In this document: positions 62,444-64,000 of the stretch, one piece after another
Numbering within the stretch: position 1 is the stretch's first letter
Layout of the letters: each line of letters starts with the position of its first letter
Assembly: GCF_018977255.1 (NCBI RefSeq)
Contig: NW_024704742.1
Coordinates: forward strand, 95,544,001-95,608,000
DNA: 64,000 bases
Reading direction: 5' to 3'
Source: Callorhinchus milii
Lineage: Eukaryota
Position numbers and translations under genes: made by a program
Notes under the pieces: model-generated
The model's input: the letters and a program-made list of their open reading frames with translations, nothing else
Databases searched by the model: none
Told to the model about the DNA's origin: nothing

Positions 62444-62665
62444 AGCTTGGCTCAACTGATAGCAGTCTGAACTCAGGGTCAGAAGGTCATAGATTCAGGC
62501 CCCCAGGGATTTTAACTGATAGTCTGGACTGGTACTTTAGTGCAGTAATGGGAGTGATTGCTGCATTTTGGAGGTGCTGTCTTTGGATGAGACATTAAGC
62601 TGAGGGCCCATTTACTTCTTCTTCAGATGGGTGTTAAAGATCACACAGCAGAATTCGAAAAGAGA
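62444..62665 (+). mobile_element. DeuSINE-type SINE, 5' half
   Basis: cagcttggctcaactgatagc head and ggaggtgctgtctttggatgagacattaa core. Confidence 0.72.
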
Positions 62666-64000
62666 TGGACTCAACGAGGTAGGGCTTTATAATAATAATA
62701 ATCCTTGCACCTTTCACTTTGTCGAGATGTCTCAAAGTGCTTCACAGGATGTGTGTGTGAATGAGTAGAACAGGCTTACTATAGATCTCAGGAAATCATG
62801 ATTACTTGTTGCTCCATCCATGCTTCCTGGGTACAGTCTTGGACTCATTCATGAAAATCAACACAAAGAAAGATGGCGTGAAGCCTGAACCACAAAGAAG
62901 AGATGTGAAGACAGATGTGAAGAGCAGTTAAAGTAAAAGACATTGAGCACTGTCATTTTATAGAATATAAATGTTCAGAATCCATTAAAAAATGCATAAA
63001 AATATGTTCACATCACACGTAACTTAATTTATAACTTAATTAACAATTTGGCACTGTTGGCGGCAGAAGCACTAATACTGATTCATCGAATGTCCCCGGG
63101 TTTGCATTTGTGATGCAGTTACAATCCTGAAATTCCAAGCCGTGCAACAAAAATTGCACAAATGATATTTTCAAACCTCTGGGTCTATTTCTGCACAAAA
63201 TCTGCTCTCTCTGTGCCGCAAGCGCTGTTTACAAACCAAATATTTGCTGTAGATTGCTGAGGTGGGACAAAATGAATTAAACAGATTTTAAAGTCCTCTC
63301 AAGTTATTAGGTATAAGCAGGGAACAGAATTGCCTGGATTACTAACATTCCTAGGTTACATTGTCCCATCTGTTGTGAAGATCACACAGCTGTTATCTCT
63401 TGTTTAGAGTATACTATTCCCTTGGAATATGCAGCAAAATAAATCCCGAAAACACTTCAGTGCGAATTGCACAATTTGATTGTAAGAGACTACTGTTTCT
63501 CATTGTCTCTTACAATGACACTGTGTGACACTGGCTGCTGTCCAAGCAAACTGACCTGTCATTGCAGAATGCACCACTGCCTTACACTCACTGCTCAATG
63601 GGACTGTCCTAAACTCTTCGTCAAGTTTAACCTAGCACTTGTACATAAAGAGCTGTGCTTGCAGCTGTGAATCAATAGTGCTAGTCAAAACCATAGTTGA
63701 GTGGGTTGTGCAGGAAGTTAATTGGTGTTATGGAAGTGTAACTGATATGTGAATCACTAACATGATGCATGTGAAGCACTAATGTGTTAAGACTGCTAAT
63801 AGATAATGATTAGCAGTTTGTGTTCACAATGTTGATAAAGTAGCAGGGTTTCAATGCTGCTGATCAATGTGTTTTCTACCTTGGCTTGTAATTGGGGCTG
63901 AACCTTGATGATTTTCACGTCAAAAGGATGTCCCAAAGAGCTTCACAGGATATACTGAAAAGTGCAGTGAATATGGTGTTTTATGGGCGAATATGGCAAC

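Overview
Vertebrate genomic DNA, probably a cartilaginous fish; this is inferred from the DeuSINE/L2/CR1 repeat content and the shark-type palindromic repeat. One protein-coding gene can be fully reconstructed: RASEF (Rab45) on the + strand, 17 coding exons from 16094 to 40961. All introns are GT-AG and phase-consistent, giving a 2094-nt CDS and 697 aa (two EF-hands, coiled coil, Rab GTPase domain, C-terminal CCST). The rest is intronic or intergenic and dense in retroelements: many L2-clade LINE fragments (one 2.15-kb copy with an intact RT core), CR1 fragments, and two tRNA-derived SINE families that share the L2 3' tail. I found no convincing new multi-gene system. The most unusual items are a palindromic repeat whose loop carries a degenerate hammerhead-ribozyme core, a 28S-rRNA fragment behind a tRNA-like head, a 74-bp inverted repeat in RASEF intron 2, an L2 copy flanked by 114-bp inverted arms, recurrent antisense SINE-in-SINE hairpins, and a candidate upstream RASEF exon. 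Repeat boundaries are approximate, and family names come from recognition, not database searches.
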